Source: an uncultured delta proteobacterium
GTDB taxonomy: Bacteria; Desulfobacterota; Desulfobacteria; Desulfobacterales; UBA2156
Length of the DNA stretch: 64,000 bases
Assembly (NCBI GenBank): GCA_963736855.1
Contig: CAVTQK010000015.1
Location: forward strand, 224,001-288,000
Direction of reading: 5' to 3'
The position numbers and the translations under genes are program-made. Positions 1 to 9,590 of this stretch are shown here, in pieces (position 1 is the first letter of the stretch; every line of letters begins with the position of its first letter). A model generated the notes under the pieces. It saw only the letters and a program-made list of their open reading frames with translations. It was not told where the DNA came from and searched no databases.

Positions 1-207
1 ATCACCGAGTCAATCCAGACGTCCAAGGTGGGGGAAGGTAACCAATGGTACAACCCCGAAACCGGAAACAGCGGAAGGGTTGTCGTTACCAAGGAACAGG
101 AATATTGCCGGGAGTATCAGCAGACCATAACCATCGGCGGTAAAGAAGAAAAGGCTTACGGAACCGCCTGCCGCCAACCCGACGGGTCTTGGAAAATAAA
201 GAACTAA
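1..207 (+). CDS. 17 kDa surface antigen / RT0821-Lpp0805-like lipoprotein, 5'-truncated
   Basis: Frame 1 reads ...WYNPETGNSG...YCREYQQTITIGGKEEKAYGTACRQPDGSWKIKN*, the typical C-terminal motif. Confidence 0.8.
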   Translation: MTESIQTSKVGEGNQWYNPETGNSGRVVVTKEQEYCREYQQTITIGGKEEKAYGTACRQPDGSWKIKN

Positions 208-221
208 ATCGATATTCGATT

Positions 222-259
222 TCGGCAAAAGACGCCGGCTTACCGGCGCTTTTTGCCGA
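222..259. terminator. Bidirectional intrinsic terminator
   Basis: TCGGCAAAAGACGCCGG-CTTA-CCGGCGCTTTTTGCCGA hairpin between convergent genes. Confidence 0.7.
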
Positions 260-261
260 TT

Positions 262-939
262 TCATTTCCAAAACAAAGCAAACAGGACGGCAAAGGCCAG
301 GGCCGGAACCATGTTCCCGATGCGGATCCGGCTCTGTCCTAGAAGATTGAACCCGATTCCTGCAATAAGAAGGCCGCCGGTGGCCGTTACGGCTTCCAGG
401 ACCGCGGGTTCCTGAAGGAAAGCCAGCTTGGATGCCAGAAGGGTGATGGATCCTTGAACAGCCAGGACCGACAACCCGGAAAAAGCCACCCCTATCCCAA
501 AAGAGGAAGCCAAGGCAATGGAGGCCATTCCGTCCAGAAGCGATTTAACCAAGAGCGTGCTGGAATCCCCCGTTGTCCCATCCTGTATGGAACCGACGAT
601 CACCATGGCCCCTGTGCAATAGAGCACGGATGCCGTCACGAAGCCTTCCACGAAGGAGGATGAATCCGAGCGGGCTCTCTTTTTAAGCCATGCCCCCAGT
701 CGTTCCACCGCACCCTCGATATTGACGGCCTCTCCGATGACGGCGCCTGCCAGCAGGCATCCCAACGTCGGAAGAATTTTCTTTCCGGAAAGAGCCATCT
801 GAAGACCGATCAGTAGGGTGGAAAGCCCCAGGGCATGCATGACAATGGTTTTGATGCGCTCGGGCAGGCGCTTTCCGATGCCAATCCCGATGAGTCCCCC
901 TGAAATAATGGCTCCCGTATTAACCCATGTACCGATCAC
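262..939 (-). CDS. DUF554 (YdfK/YqgA-like) membrane protein
   Basis: GTWVN start, EGFVTASVLYCTGAM, KSLLDG motifs; multi-TM. Confidence 0.85.
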   Translation of the reverse strand: MIGTWVNTGAIISGGLIGIGIGKRLPERIKTIVMHALGLSTLLIGLQMALSGKKILPTLGCLLAGAVIGEAVNIEGAVERLGAWLKKRARSDSSSFVEGFVTASVLYCTGAMVIVGSIQDGTTGDSSTLLVKSLLDGMASIALASSFGIGVAFSGLSVLAVQGSITLLASKLAFLQEPAVLEAVTATGGLLIAGIGFNLLGQSRIRIGNMVPALAFAVLFALFWK

Positions 940-1103
940 GAAAATCCCTCCAATAAAGAGCGCCTTGCCTCATAGCATCGATGCGGTTAAAGGGCAAGAA
1001 TTCTCCAAGCTCACGAGAATCCCGATGTCGGATTGACTGAGAGACGTTCCATACATAAAATTTGTATATTACAGGTCTGCAAAATAGGCCCAAGGAGTCG
1101 ATC

Positions 1104-2330
1104 ATGAGAATCCTGCACTTGCTCAGTCAGCGCCCTGAGGCTACGGGGAGCGGTATTTATGTCCGCGCCATGATGGAGCATGCCCGGCGGAAGGGGCATA
1201 CAAATTTTCTTCTGGCCGGCATCGCACCCGATGATAATCCGGCAATCGAAGGATACAGCCGGAATTCGTGCGCCTTTGTGCGGTTCGGTGGTGCGGATCT
1301 CCCGTTTCCCGTGGTAGGGATGAGCGATGTCATGCCCTACGAAAGTGTTTGTTTCAAGGACCTGACCCGTGATCAGATTGAAAGCTACGAGGGCTGTTTC
1401 CGGGAGCACCTCGAGGGCGCGATCCATCGTTTTAGACCCGATCTCATCCATTCCCATCACCTCTGGTTGATGACCTCCCTTGCCAAACGCACTTTTCCTG
1501 ACCTTCCGATGGCGAGCACGTGTCATAGCACGGATCTGCGACAGTTTTATAACTGTGACCACCTGCGAGAACGCGTACTCGAAGGGTGCCGCCGGTTGGA
1601 TGCCGTCATGGCGCTGAGCCGGAATCAAAAAGACGAAATCGCCGGACTTTACGACATCGACCCGGATAAAATTGATGTTACGGGCGTGGGATATAACGAC
1701 CGACTTTTCACCTTCGACGGTGTAAAACCGAAAAGCTCGATCCGTCTGGTCTACGTCGGTAAACTCTGTCGCGCCAAGGGGGTTCCCTGGATGCTGCGGG
1801 CGCTTTTAAAAACCACACAATTATCCTGGAAGCTTCACTTGGTGGGTGGCGGGACCGGTCCGGAAAAGGCCGAGTGTCTTCAGATTGCAAAGGGCCTGGG
1901 GGATCGGGTGATAACCCATGGCCCTGTTTCCCAGCAGCGACTTTCCGAGATCCTGAAGCGCAGTCATCTTCTGATCCTGCCTTCTTTTTTCGAAGGGATT
2001 CCCATCGTCCTTTTGGAGGCCATGGCTTGCGGATGCCGAGTCGTAACAACCGCGCTTCCCGGCGTTGATGAACTCTTTGAGAAGACCCCGGAAAAATTTT
2101 TGCGCACCGTTGCGTTGCCCCGACTTGAAAATGTAGATCGGCCTATTCCTGAGGATGAGCCGGCCTTTGAAGCACGCCTTTCCGAGGCCGTTGTCGAAGA
2201 GATCCGTGACATCCAGGCAAGTCCCGAAATCGATTCGGCCCGTCTTTCCTCCATCTTGAAGCCGCATACTTGGTCCAGCGTGTTTCAGCGAGTGGAGGCG
2301 GTCTACCGACGGATCGCACCCGGAGAATGA
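1104..2330 (+). CDS. Glycosyltransferase family 4
   Basis: EGIPIVLLEAMACG, YVGKL..AKG; AGGAG RBS before ATG at 1104. Confidence 0.85.
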   Translation: MRILHLLSQRPEATGSGIYVRAMMEHARRKGHTNFLLAGIAPDDNPAIEGYSRNSCAFVRFGGADLPFPVVGMSDVMPYESVCFKDLTRDQIESYEGCFREHLEGAIHRFRPDLIHSHHLWLMTSLAKRTFPDLPMASTCHSTDLRQFYNCDHLRERVLEGCRRLDAVMALSRNQKDEIAGLYDIDPDKIDVTGVGYNDRLFTFDGVKPKSSIRLVYVGKLCRAKGVPWMLRALLKTTQLSWKLHLVGGGTGPEKAECLQIAKGLGDRVITHGPVSQQRLSEILKRSHLLILPSFFEGIPIVLLEAMACGCRVVTTALPGVDELFEKTPEKFLRTVALPRLENVDRPIPEDEPAFEARLSEAVVEEIRDIQASPEIDSARLSSILKPHTWSSVFQRVEAVYRRIAPGE

Positions 2331-2382
2331 TCCCTGTCTGCCGGTCACAAAATCGCTGCAAATCTCGATAACGCAGCTTGTC

Positions 2383-2775
2383 TCAATCTGCAGGAGGGCC
2401 TGGCTTGGCGTCGAAATCCGACCATCGCCTCTTGGATAGGGTTCCAAACGGAATCAGAACCGGAAACAACCAAAGCAAATTCCACCATCGCAACCCTGTC
2501 GCCTCGATACCGCCATATGCCCATATGGCCCATACAATTGAAATGAAGAACACTCCATAAGGCATGGCCATGAGACGCCAAAACGGAGTGGATGGATGCC
2601 GCCAGGGGGAAAAAGCCATGATGGTAATGACCGCTGCGATAAAGACGAGCATCCCAGAAAGGCCCTGAGCCCATTTTCCTTGAATAAGAAAGACCATGGA
2701 TAGAAGGGCAAGCCAAAGGAATCCTCCCAACCAGCCGAATGTCCAGCCTATCTTTTCACCTCTTCTTTTCACCAT
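2383..2775 (-). CDS. Hypothetical membrane protein
   Basis: 130 aa, about 4 TM segments, GGAG RBS. Confidence 0.6.
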   Translation of the reverse strand: MVKRRGEKIGWTFGWLGGFLWLALLSMVFLIQGKWAQGLSGMLVFIAAVITIMAFSPWRHPSTPFWRLMAMPYGVFFISIVWAIWAYGGIEATGLRWWNLLWLFPVLIPFGTLSKRRWSDFDAKPGPPAD

Positions 2776-2892
2776 GTTTTAACTCCTGCCATATTGACTA
2801 TCCGCCGAAACGAAACACATAACGATCGCTTTTTGATAAATGGTTGGCAGCGCATGAAAATGAATCGTTTTTACACCTTTTCAGAAAACGGC

Positions 2893-3345
2893 TCATTGTC
2901 GGAACCGCTTCATGATGGAGGAAAAACCGATTAAAAGGATCCCGATCGCACAATAGAAAATAATGGATGGTAGGATGAACATCCCAGGGCTTCCGCCCGC
3001 ATCTCCTTTATAGTACTTAAGAACATGTGCTGCGTCCAGTGAGAGAATGACTATCAAAGAAATTAACATCGTCAAGGCATAGCTGCCGCAGACGATGATG
3101 ATTTTCTTGGTCGAACCGGACCGACCCCAATACCCGCTGGCCAATTCCAGACTGTTCAATATAAGCATAGCCAGTATCGACACACCAAACAGAATCCCGT
3201 ACAAGAGATGCGAGTTCCAGTATTCGAGAAGCGGGAAAAAGATCAGATAGGTGATGCAAAACGGCGCAAGCCATACAGTGGTCATCCCGAGGACTATCCA
3301 TCCCGGCACCGCCGCAAGAAATTTTCCGGGCTTGTTGGCAATCAT
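2893..3345 (-). CDS. Hypothetical membrane protein
   Basis: 150 aa, several hydrophobic segments. Confidence 0.55.
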   Translation of the reverse strand: MIANKPGKFLAAVPGWIVLGMTTVWLAPFCITYLIFFPLLEYWNSHLLYGILFGVSILAMLILNSLELASGYWGRSGSTKKIIIVCGSYALTMLISLIVILSLDAAHVLKYYKGDAGGSPGMFILPSIIFYCAIGILLIGFSSIMKRFRQ

Positions 3346-3397
3346 ACTGATTTTCTATTCCTTGTCATGTTTTTTATGCAACTACAGGGTCAAATGA

Positions 3398-3835
3398 TTA
3401 CCGGAGCAGTCGTTTCACCATAAAAATAGAACTTGACGGACATAAATTTGAAAATTCAGCCGTTTCCTGTATGGCGGACGGGGCTTGGCTGCGAGGTGAA
3501 GGTGAATATCCAAGTTTGGAAAAGAATTGATCGGCGGTAGTCGTAAGCAGATAGATGATCTGCACACCTTGAGCATGGGCATATTGCTCAGCGTGTGCCA
3601 CAAGATGCCGGCCTATCCCGTTTTTGCGGTGTTTCGATGATACGGCCAGGGAACGAAGCAATGCAATAGTCCCAAATATCTCAAGGCCCACAACACCCAA
3701 CAAACCGGAATTGTCACCGAAACCGAAGAAGTGCTCCAGATGTTTTGGTGTAATATCTGAAACAGGAAGACCGCACTCCTGAAGGAGTTGTTTAACGTCA
3801 AATTCGTTCGGAGTCTTTATTGTCGTGTTTTTCAA
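3398..3835 (-). CDS. arsN2: Arsenic-resistance GNAT N-acetyltransferase (ArsN2-like)
   Basis: ALLRSLAV, YLLTTTA..FF..LGY, EF..LCPSS motifs. Confidence 0.8.
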   Translation of the reverse strand: MKNTTIKTPNEFDVKQLLQECGLPVSDITPKHLEHFFGFGDNSGLLGVVGLEIFGTIALLRSLAVSSKHRKNGIGRHLVAHAEQYAHAQGVQIIYLLTTTADQFFSKLGYSPSPRSQAPSAIQETAEFSNLCPSSSIFMVKRLLR

Positions 3836-3960
3836 CAGCTAACGCTCCTCATCGCCTGACCGGAGTACCGATGGCCTTAAAACAAACACAGAAACAGAGA
3901 TTGTTGAAGCTTTAAGCACTCACCGGTAAAAAGCGAAGCGCCGGCTCGGTATCGTGCGGT
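3836..3960 (-). mobile_element. Degenerate attC-like site upstream of arsN2
   Basis: GTTAGCTG core immediately before the TTG start; partial inverted arms; no clear R''. Confidence 0.4.
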
Positions 3961-4130
3961 CATCATATAGCCATTTCAATTCGTTATCAAATTCAAACAA
4001 ATAATGTTGAAAGAACAAATATACCCTTCGGATTTGTAACACAGATACTGTCCGGTTTATGAAGTCACCGAGGAGGTGAACGGGTGATGCAGACAACAGT
4101 ATCTATAGGAGACTCGGATGATAGTAATGA

Positions 4131-4163
4131 AAAAGGGTTACCGGAAAAACCGCGTAACCCTTT
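4131..4163 (-). terminator. Intrinsic terminator after tRNA pair
   Basis: AAAGGGTTAC...GTAACCCTTT hairpin. Confidence 0.7.
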
Positions 4164-4171
4164 GATTTGAT

Positions 4172-4248
4172 TGGTACGCCCGGCAAGATTCGAACTTGCG
4201 GCCTACGGATTCGAAGTCCGGCGCTCTGTCCAGCTGAGCTACGGGCGC
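4172..4248 (-). tRNA. tRNA-Arg(TCG)
   Basis: GCGCCCGTAGCTCAGCTGG...CT-TCG-AA...GTTCGAATC...ACCA cloverleaf. Confidence 0.95.
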
Positions 4249-4295
4249 ACGAAGAAGCCTCCCGATTCAGTTTTCGGGAGGCTTTTGAATCGGTG

Positions 4296-4372
4296 TGGGG
4301 TGAGTGGTGGGACTTGAACCCACGACAACCGGGGCCACAACCCGATGCTCTGCCAACTGAGCTACACCCACC
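4296..4372 (-). tRNA. tRNA-His(GTG)
   Basis: GGTGGGTGTAGCTCAG...TT-GTG-GC...GTTCAAGTC...CCCCA, includes G-1. Confidence 0.95.
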
Positions 4373-4449
4373 ATCAATTTATAGAATTATAGCCAAAGTC
4401 GGGTTCCTTTTCAAGAAAATTTATGGGGGTTTGACTTTTTACGATTTCA

Positions 4450-5010
4450 TTAACTTTTAGGTTGCGAATTTTTAAGACCGTATTGAAGGGTGGTCAGCCC
4501 GAGGTAGATATAATGGAGTCCGGAAATGATGGTCAGGGTGGCGGTGGTCCATATCAGGAACCAGCCGATGGTATATGCGTGAACGAATTGGGGCCTGAAC
4601 AGGCTGAAGAAGATGGTGGAAAGTTGAGAAACCGTGGTGAACTTGCTGACCAGAGTCGGTTTGATGTTGACGCTGACCCCGGTCATGAAAAAGACGGAGA
4701 CGCCGATGAGAATGATGACATCCCGGGTGATCACCAGAACAGCAAGCCAACTCGGGATGATGTGCATAATTGCCAGGCAAATGGTAGCGCTGGAAAGCAG
4801 CAGCTTGTCGGCAAGGGGGTCAAGATACGCGCCCAGGGCTGTTTTCTGGTTTGTATACCTGGCGATGAATCCGTCAAGACCATCGGTGATGGCGGCAAGG
4901 GTGAAGATTAACAAGGCGTAGCCTTCCATATCCTTGAGCAGCAGGATAACGAACAGAGGGGTCAACAGGATTCGGATAACGGTCAATATGTTGGGGATAC
5001 TGATCAGCAT
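4450..5010 (-). CDS. CDP-alcohol phosphatidyltransferase (PgsA/Cls-like)
   Basis: PNILT..R, DGLDGFIAR...GAYLDPLADK signature. Confidence 0.9.
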   Translation of the reverse strand: MLISIPNILTVIRILLTPLFVILLLKDMEGYALLIFTLAAITDGLDGFIARYTNQKTALGAYLDPLADKLLLSSATICLAIMHIIPSWLAVLVITRDVIILIGVSVFFMTGVSVNIKPTLVSKFTTVSQLSTIFFSLFRPQFVHAYTIGWFLIWTTATLTIISGLHYIYLGLTTLQYGLKNSQPKS

Positions 5011-5014
5011 GGCG

Positions 5015-6283
5015 TCATCGAGTCTCTGTTGGGGCTGTATCGGTATTTGGTTTCCGAGGAGAAAGCGCCAATAGGATCCGGTCCGGCGCCGTTTCTAGGA
5101 TCAAGACCTCGAAAGCTTCGAACACACTTCGGGCCAGTGCGTTTGCTAAAGTGGATGCGGTTCCCTGGAAGTCCACCCGAATTTTTGCTTCATTTGCCTG
5201 GATTTCTTCGATCCGCATGTTTTTTACGCCGGGAAGTTCCGCCAATGCCCTTCGGAAGGTGACGAAATTGCCCAGACGCTGGGTTCCGCGCACCAGAAGG
5301 GAAATGGAAGCGATGGATTCCGCTTTTCGGGACCATTTTTGGGCGATCTGATCGGAAAGGTCTGCTGCGCCAAGGCGCCCGGCACTAAACAGGGCATCCG
5401 CAAAAGCCTTGGCATCGTCTAAATCCGGAACATGAAATTGCTTTGAAACAGCGGCGATTTCTTCTCCGGTCTCTGTTTTCAGGGCCCGGATGGAAAGATC
5501 TCCTCTTGGGGTAGTGCCCGATGCCGATGGAGTTTGGAGTTTGGGCCTGACGAGACTTTTTCCAAGAACCACCACCTCGGCTTCCAGCCGTTTTCCTAGT
5601 TCCAAAGCGTCGGTGTCTGAAAAGGCCGTCTTCGATGCCGGAAAAGTTTCCAGGAGTTGCGGTGCGTCTATGGCGGGGCGGATGACGGAATGCCCTTTTT
5701 CAATCATGGCCTCGTAGATTCCGCCTTCGGTGGTAGGCGGCAAGGTGTGAATTGCAGCCGGCCTTCTATAAACCGGATCGCTTCCGGATCGGGGCGACTC
5801 GGCGATGAGCAACAGAACCTTAGGAAGCTTTTGACGTACCTCCATGATACCGGCATTGAAAAGGTGTTCCTGGATTTTGTCCGTCCGGACGACAGCCTCG
5901 ATGAAGACTCGGTACTCCGATCCGACTACGGACTCGGTAAGGACTTTGTATTCCTGGATAAACTGATCCGCCTTTCCGGAAAACGCTTGGCTCACGGTCT
6001 TGAACTGTTTAATCAGGGTATCTCGGGGAAGAAGCGCCATGACTGCCGCGTCTACGGCAGCGGCCAGACTTTCGGCCACGGCTGCGTTTCTGGCAGCGGA
6101 AAAATCACCTTTTCCCACGAGGGCGCTTCGGATCACCTGAAATTTGTTCGAAGTGGCCGTGGCCCGGGCGTCTGGTATAGCGATAAAAAGTAGCGCTATC
6201 GACAAAACGATCAGGCTCATGAAAAGGTCGGGCGCTTGGAATGCGCCGGTATCCGGTTTCTTTTTCATCGCATCTTTCATCAC
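5015..6283 (-). CDS. Exported hypothetical protein (FlgT N-terminal-like)
   Basis: N-terminal TM/signal, AR..A...L..AV motif; within operon. Confidence 0.55.
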   Translation of the reverse strand: MMKDAMKKKPDTGAFQAPDLFMSLIVLSIALLFIAIPDARATATSNKFQVIRSALVGKGDFSAARNAAVAESLAAAVDAAVMALLPRDTLIKQFKTVSQAFSGKADQFIQEYKVLTESVVGSEYRVFIEAVVRTDKIQEHLFNAGIMEVRQKLPKVLLLIAESPRSGSDPVYRRPAAIHTLPPTTEGGIYEAMIEKGHSVIRPAIDAPQLLETFPASKTAFSDTDALELGKRLEAEVVVLGKSLVRPKLQTPSASGTTPRGDLSIRALKTETGEEIAAVSKQFHVPDLDDAKAFADALFSAGRLGAADLSDQIAQKWSRKAESIASISLLVRGTQRLGNFVTFRRALAELPGVKNMRIEEIQANEAKIRVDFQGTASTLANALARSVFEAFEVLILETAPDRILLALSPRKPNTDTAPTETR

Positions 6284-7260
6284 ATTTTGCGGGAAAGGGC
6301 GTAATCGGCAATGTCCATCAGCAGGTTCCGGGTCGGCGACAGGGAAAAGACGCCGATTGAACCTTTTGCACTTTCCACGTAACGTTTGGCCATTGTCTTC
6401 GTATAACCGATTCCGCCGCTTTCGTGAAGGATTTTTACCAGGCTTTCAAAGTCTTGAACAGAAAAATCCGAGCGGGAGATCATATCAAGAATCCAATCCT
6501 TTTTTTCTTTTCCGATCTTTTGCAGGGCATAAATAACCGGCAGGGTCAGCTTTCCTTCTCTCAGATCGGCGCCCACCGTCTTGCCGAGGACCCGGGTATT
6601 CGACACGTAGTCCAAGAGATCGTCGGCCATTTGAAAGGCAAGCCCGAGGTCTGCGCCATATCGGCCAAGGGCTATAACCTTTTCCTCGGATGCATCCGCC
6701 AGAAGGGCTCCGGAGCGGCAGGCGCCTTCGAAAAGGACCGCGGTCTTGCGGCGAATCACTTCCATGTAATCGGTCTCGGTAATAGCCGGATTTCCCTTGA
6801 GCTGAAGCTGGTGGATTTCACCCTGGGACATGGTCTCGGTGATCCCGGCGATGGTGCTGATGATCCTTGGCCGCTCGGTTTTGGCGGCAAGACTCAAGGA
6901 ACGCGCCAGGAGAAAGTCGCCCACCAGGACTGCAGTGGGATTTCCCCAGATGTGATGGGCCGCCTTTTGCCCGCGTCTCATGGTGGCTCCGTCCACAAGG
7001 TCGTCATGGAGGAGGGTGGCGGCATGGAGATATTCAAAGATGGCGGAAAAGGGGATGGCGTCCGATTCCTGATACCCGCATATCCGGGCGGAAAGCACCA
7101 TCAAGAGGGGTCTCAGTCGCTTGCCTCCTGAAAAAAGGATGTGGCGGGCGACCTCGGATACCAGATCCAGATGAGGACTTAGGTTTTGGGAAATGGCGAT
7201 TTCAATATCGGAAAGATCCGCCGAAACCCTGCTGAGAATACGATGTTTAAGATCCGTCAC
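6280..7260 (-). CDS. ispB: Polyprenyl diphosphate synthase
   Basis: GGKRLRP, LLHDDLVD, FQMADDLLD, GKLTLP. Confidence 0.9.
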   Translation of the reverse strand: MTDLKHRILSRVSADLSDIEIAISQNLSPHLDLVSEVARHILFSGGKRLRPLLMVLSARICGYQESDAIPFSAIFEYLHAATLLHDDLVDGATMRRGQKAAHHIWGNPTAVLVGDFLLARSLSLAAKTERPRIISTIAGITETMSQGEIHQLQLKGNPAITETDYMEVIRRKTAVLFEGACRSGALLADASEEKVIALGRYGADLGLAFQMADDLLDYVSNTRVLGKTVGADLREGKLTLPVIYALQKIGKEKKDWILDMISRSDFSVQDFESLVKILHESGGIGYTKTMAKRYVESAKGSIGVFSLSPTRNLLMDIADYALSRKM

Positions 7261-8582
7261 ACGGCTTCTCCCGTAAGGTCGTATGTGCCGGCTTTGGTGA
7301 TTCGGACATTGACAAATGAACCCGTCTCAAATCCCCGGCCGGCCACACGTGTGATTCCGTCGATCTCAGGGGCCTGAAATGCGGTCCGACCGAGGAAGTG
7401 TCCTCTTTCCTTCTTTTTTTCCAGTAATACCGGATAGACATGGTTTATGTGTCCTTGATTTTTTTGAAAAGATAGTGCGGCCTGCAACTGCATGAGTCGG
7501 CTGCGCCGTTTCCGGGCCACCACCTTGGGTACCCTAGGTCCAAGGCGGTGGGACGGGATATCCTCTGCATCGGAATAGGTGAAGACTCCGGCATGATCGA
7601 ACCGGATATCTTCTGCCAGGCTGCACAGCAGTTCGAAGTCTTCTTCCGTTTCCCCAGGGAATCCCACCAGGAAGGTGGTCCGAAGAGCTGCGTCAGGCGC
7701 GATAGCGCGGATCTTCTCGAATAGGCGACAGAGTGTTTCCCGGGAATAGTGGCGCCCCATTTTCTTGAGGATTCTATCGCTTCCATGCTGAGCCGGAATG
7801 TCGAAATACCGGCATAGTCTGGAATGTCTAGCCACAGTTTGGACCAAGGATTCGGTCATGCTCTCGGGGTGGCCGTATAAAAAACGGACCCGAAAGTCGC
7901 CGGGCATTTCGGCAAGATGGGATAGAAGCTTTTCCAGGGAAGCTTGGGGGGAAAGGTCGGCGCCGTAGGCCGTGGTTTCCTGGGCCACCAGGACCAGTTC
8001 TTTGACGCCTGTGGAGATGAGAAACTCGGTTTCGGATCGGATCGAATCCATGGGCCGGCTTTTTTGCCGGCCGCGGAGTCTTGGGATGATGCAAAAGGTG
8101 CAGTGCCGATCGCACCCCTCCGCAATTTTGACATAAGCGATGTGCGGCGCACTTCTGATCCGGCGATCCTCCATCCCCGTGAGAGGCCGGGCGTTGGGGT
8201 CCGGTAAGAGGCACCAGGACGGTTCAGCGGTTGCAGTGACGGCGGCAAAGATATCCTCATAGGCGCCGGTCCCCAGGAAGGCATCCACTTCGGGAAGCGA
8301 TTGGACGAGGGTTTCCCGGAAGCGTTCGGGGAGGCACCCGGCGACGATGAGGCGCCGGCATTGACCCGTCTTTTTGTGTCGGGCAGCCTCCAGGATTGTG
8401 TCTATGGATTCTGTAACGGCGGACTCGATGAAACTGCAGGTATTGATCACGATGATTTCGGCTTCTTGAGGATCCAGGGTGATCTCCACTCCACCATCTA
8501 TCAGGCGGCCCAGCATGATTTCGCTGTCGACGCGGTTTTTAGGACACCCGAGGCTAATCAGATGTAGCTTCAAAGAACCCAT
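7257..8582 (-). CDS. rimO: Ribosomal protein S12 methylthiotransferase
   Basis: SLGCPKNRVDSE, CDRHCTFC radical SAM motif, APEIDG. Confidence 0.95.
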   Translation of the reverse strand: MGSLKLHLISLGCPKNRVDSEIMLGRLIDGGVEITLDPQEAEIIVINTCSFIESAVTESIDTILEAARHKKTGQCRRLIVAGCLPERFRETLVQSLPEVDAFLGTGAYEDIFAAVTATAEPSWCLLPDPNARPLTGMEDRRIRSAPHIAYVKIAEGCDRHCTFCIIPRLRGRQKSRPMDSIRSETEFLISTGVKELVLVAQETTAYGADLSPQASLEKLLSHLAEMPGDFRVRFLYGHPESMTESLVQTVARHSRLCRYFDIPAQHGSDRILKKMGRHYSRETLCRLFEKIRAIAPDAALRTTFLVGFPGETEEDFELLCSLAEDIRFDHAGVFTYSDAEDIPSHRLGPRVPKVVARKRRSRLMQLQAALSFQKNQGHINHVYPVLLEKKKERGHFLGRTAFQAPEIDGITRVAGRGFETGSFVNVRITKAGTYDLTGEAV

Positions 8583-9588
8583 CCGAAGAAAATTCCTGCA
8601 AAGGGGAGTCCTTTTTTTGAACGATAATCAGGCATTCCACCGATTCAAGCCGGTTAACCAATTCGATTCCCTTTTCAGGCCCCATCACCATGAGACCGGT
8701 GGCCAGTGCATCGGCGAGGGCGCAGGTTTTGGCTATAACAGAGACGCTCACCACCCTGTTGGAAACCGGGTATCCCGTTCGGGGATCGATAACATGGGAA
8801 TACCGAATGCCTCCTTTCTCGAAAAAATTCCGGTAGTCCCCGCTGGTGGCGAGGGCCATGTCCTTGAGGGTGACGGCTTTGTAAACTCGGTCCAAAGGAG
8901 CGCCTGAGTTCGGCTCGTTGATTCCGATGCGCCATTTGCTTCCGTCGGACTTTTTGCCCGAGGCAAATACCTCTCCGCCGATCTCCACCAGAAAATTCCG
9001 GATCCCGCACTCCTGCAGCAGAGTAGCGAGGCGGTCCACACCATACCCTTTGGCGATGGAGGCGAGGTCCAGTGTGACGTCTGCGCTTTTCTTGACAAGA
9101 TATCCTTTCTCGGAGATCTCTATGCGATTAAACCCCACTTTTTTGATCGCCTCTCGGAGCTTTTCAGGGGCGGGTGGCTGGGTTGTGACACCCGGTGGCC
9201 CGAATCCCCACAGATCCACCAGCGGCTTGACGGTCCCGTCCCATGCGCCGTCCGTGAGTCGGTACACGTATTCCGACGTTTGCATAACCCTATGAAAATC
9301 CTGAGAAACCGGAAAGGGTTTGCCCGCCGTATGATCGATGTTGAACCGGCTGATCTCGCTTTCCGGTATGAATGTGGACATGCTTTGATTGATCGCATCC
9401 AGGCTTTGGCGGATTTTTGCATCCAAGGCGTCCGGCACGGGAATCGATCCGGGGAAGATCTTGATATGGTAAGTGGTCCCCATGGTCTTTCCGGAGAGTA
9501 CGAGGGGACCGGAATCTCCCAATGTCGGTGGGACCCAGAGAAAAAATAGTGAAAGGATAACGTATGAATATCGTTTAACGGATTTCAA
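8554..9588 (-). CDS. apbE: FAD:protein FMN transferase
   Basis: TMGT, IAKGYGVD, ATSGDY, HVIDPRTG, ADALAT. Confidence 0.95.
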   Translation of the reverse strand: MKSVKRYSYVILSLFFLWVPPTLGDSGPLVLSGKTMGTTYHIKIFPGSIPVPDALDAKIRQSLDAINQSMSTFIPESEISRFNIDHTAGKPFPVSQDFHRVMQTSEYVYRLTDGAWDGTVKPLVDLWGFGPPGVTTQPPAPEKLREAIKKVGFNRIEISEKGYLVKKSADVTLDLASIAKGYGVDRLATLLQECGIRNFLVEIGGEVFASGKKSDGSKWRIGINEPNSGAPLDRVYKAVTLKDMALATSGDYRNFFEKGGIRYSHVIDPRTGYPVSNRVVSVSVIAKTCALADALATGLMVMGPEKGIELVNRLESVECLIIVQKKDSPLQEFSSDGFFEATSD

Positions 9589-9590
9589 GA

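Noticed and set aside
4167..4460. 97 aa ORF
   Set aside because: Antisense to two tRNAs
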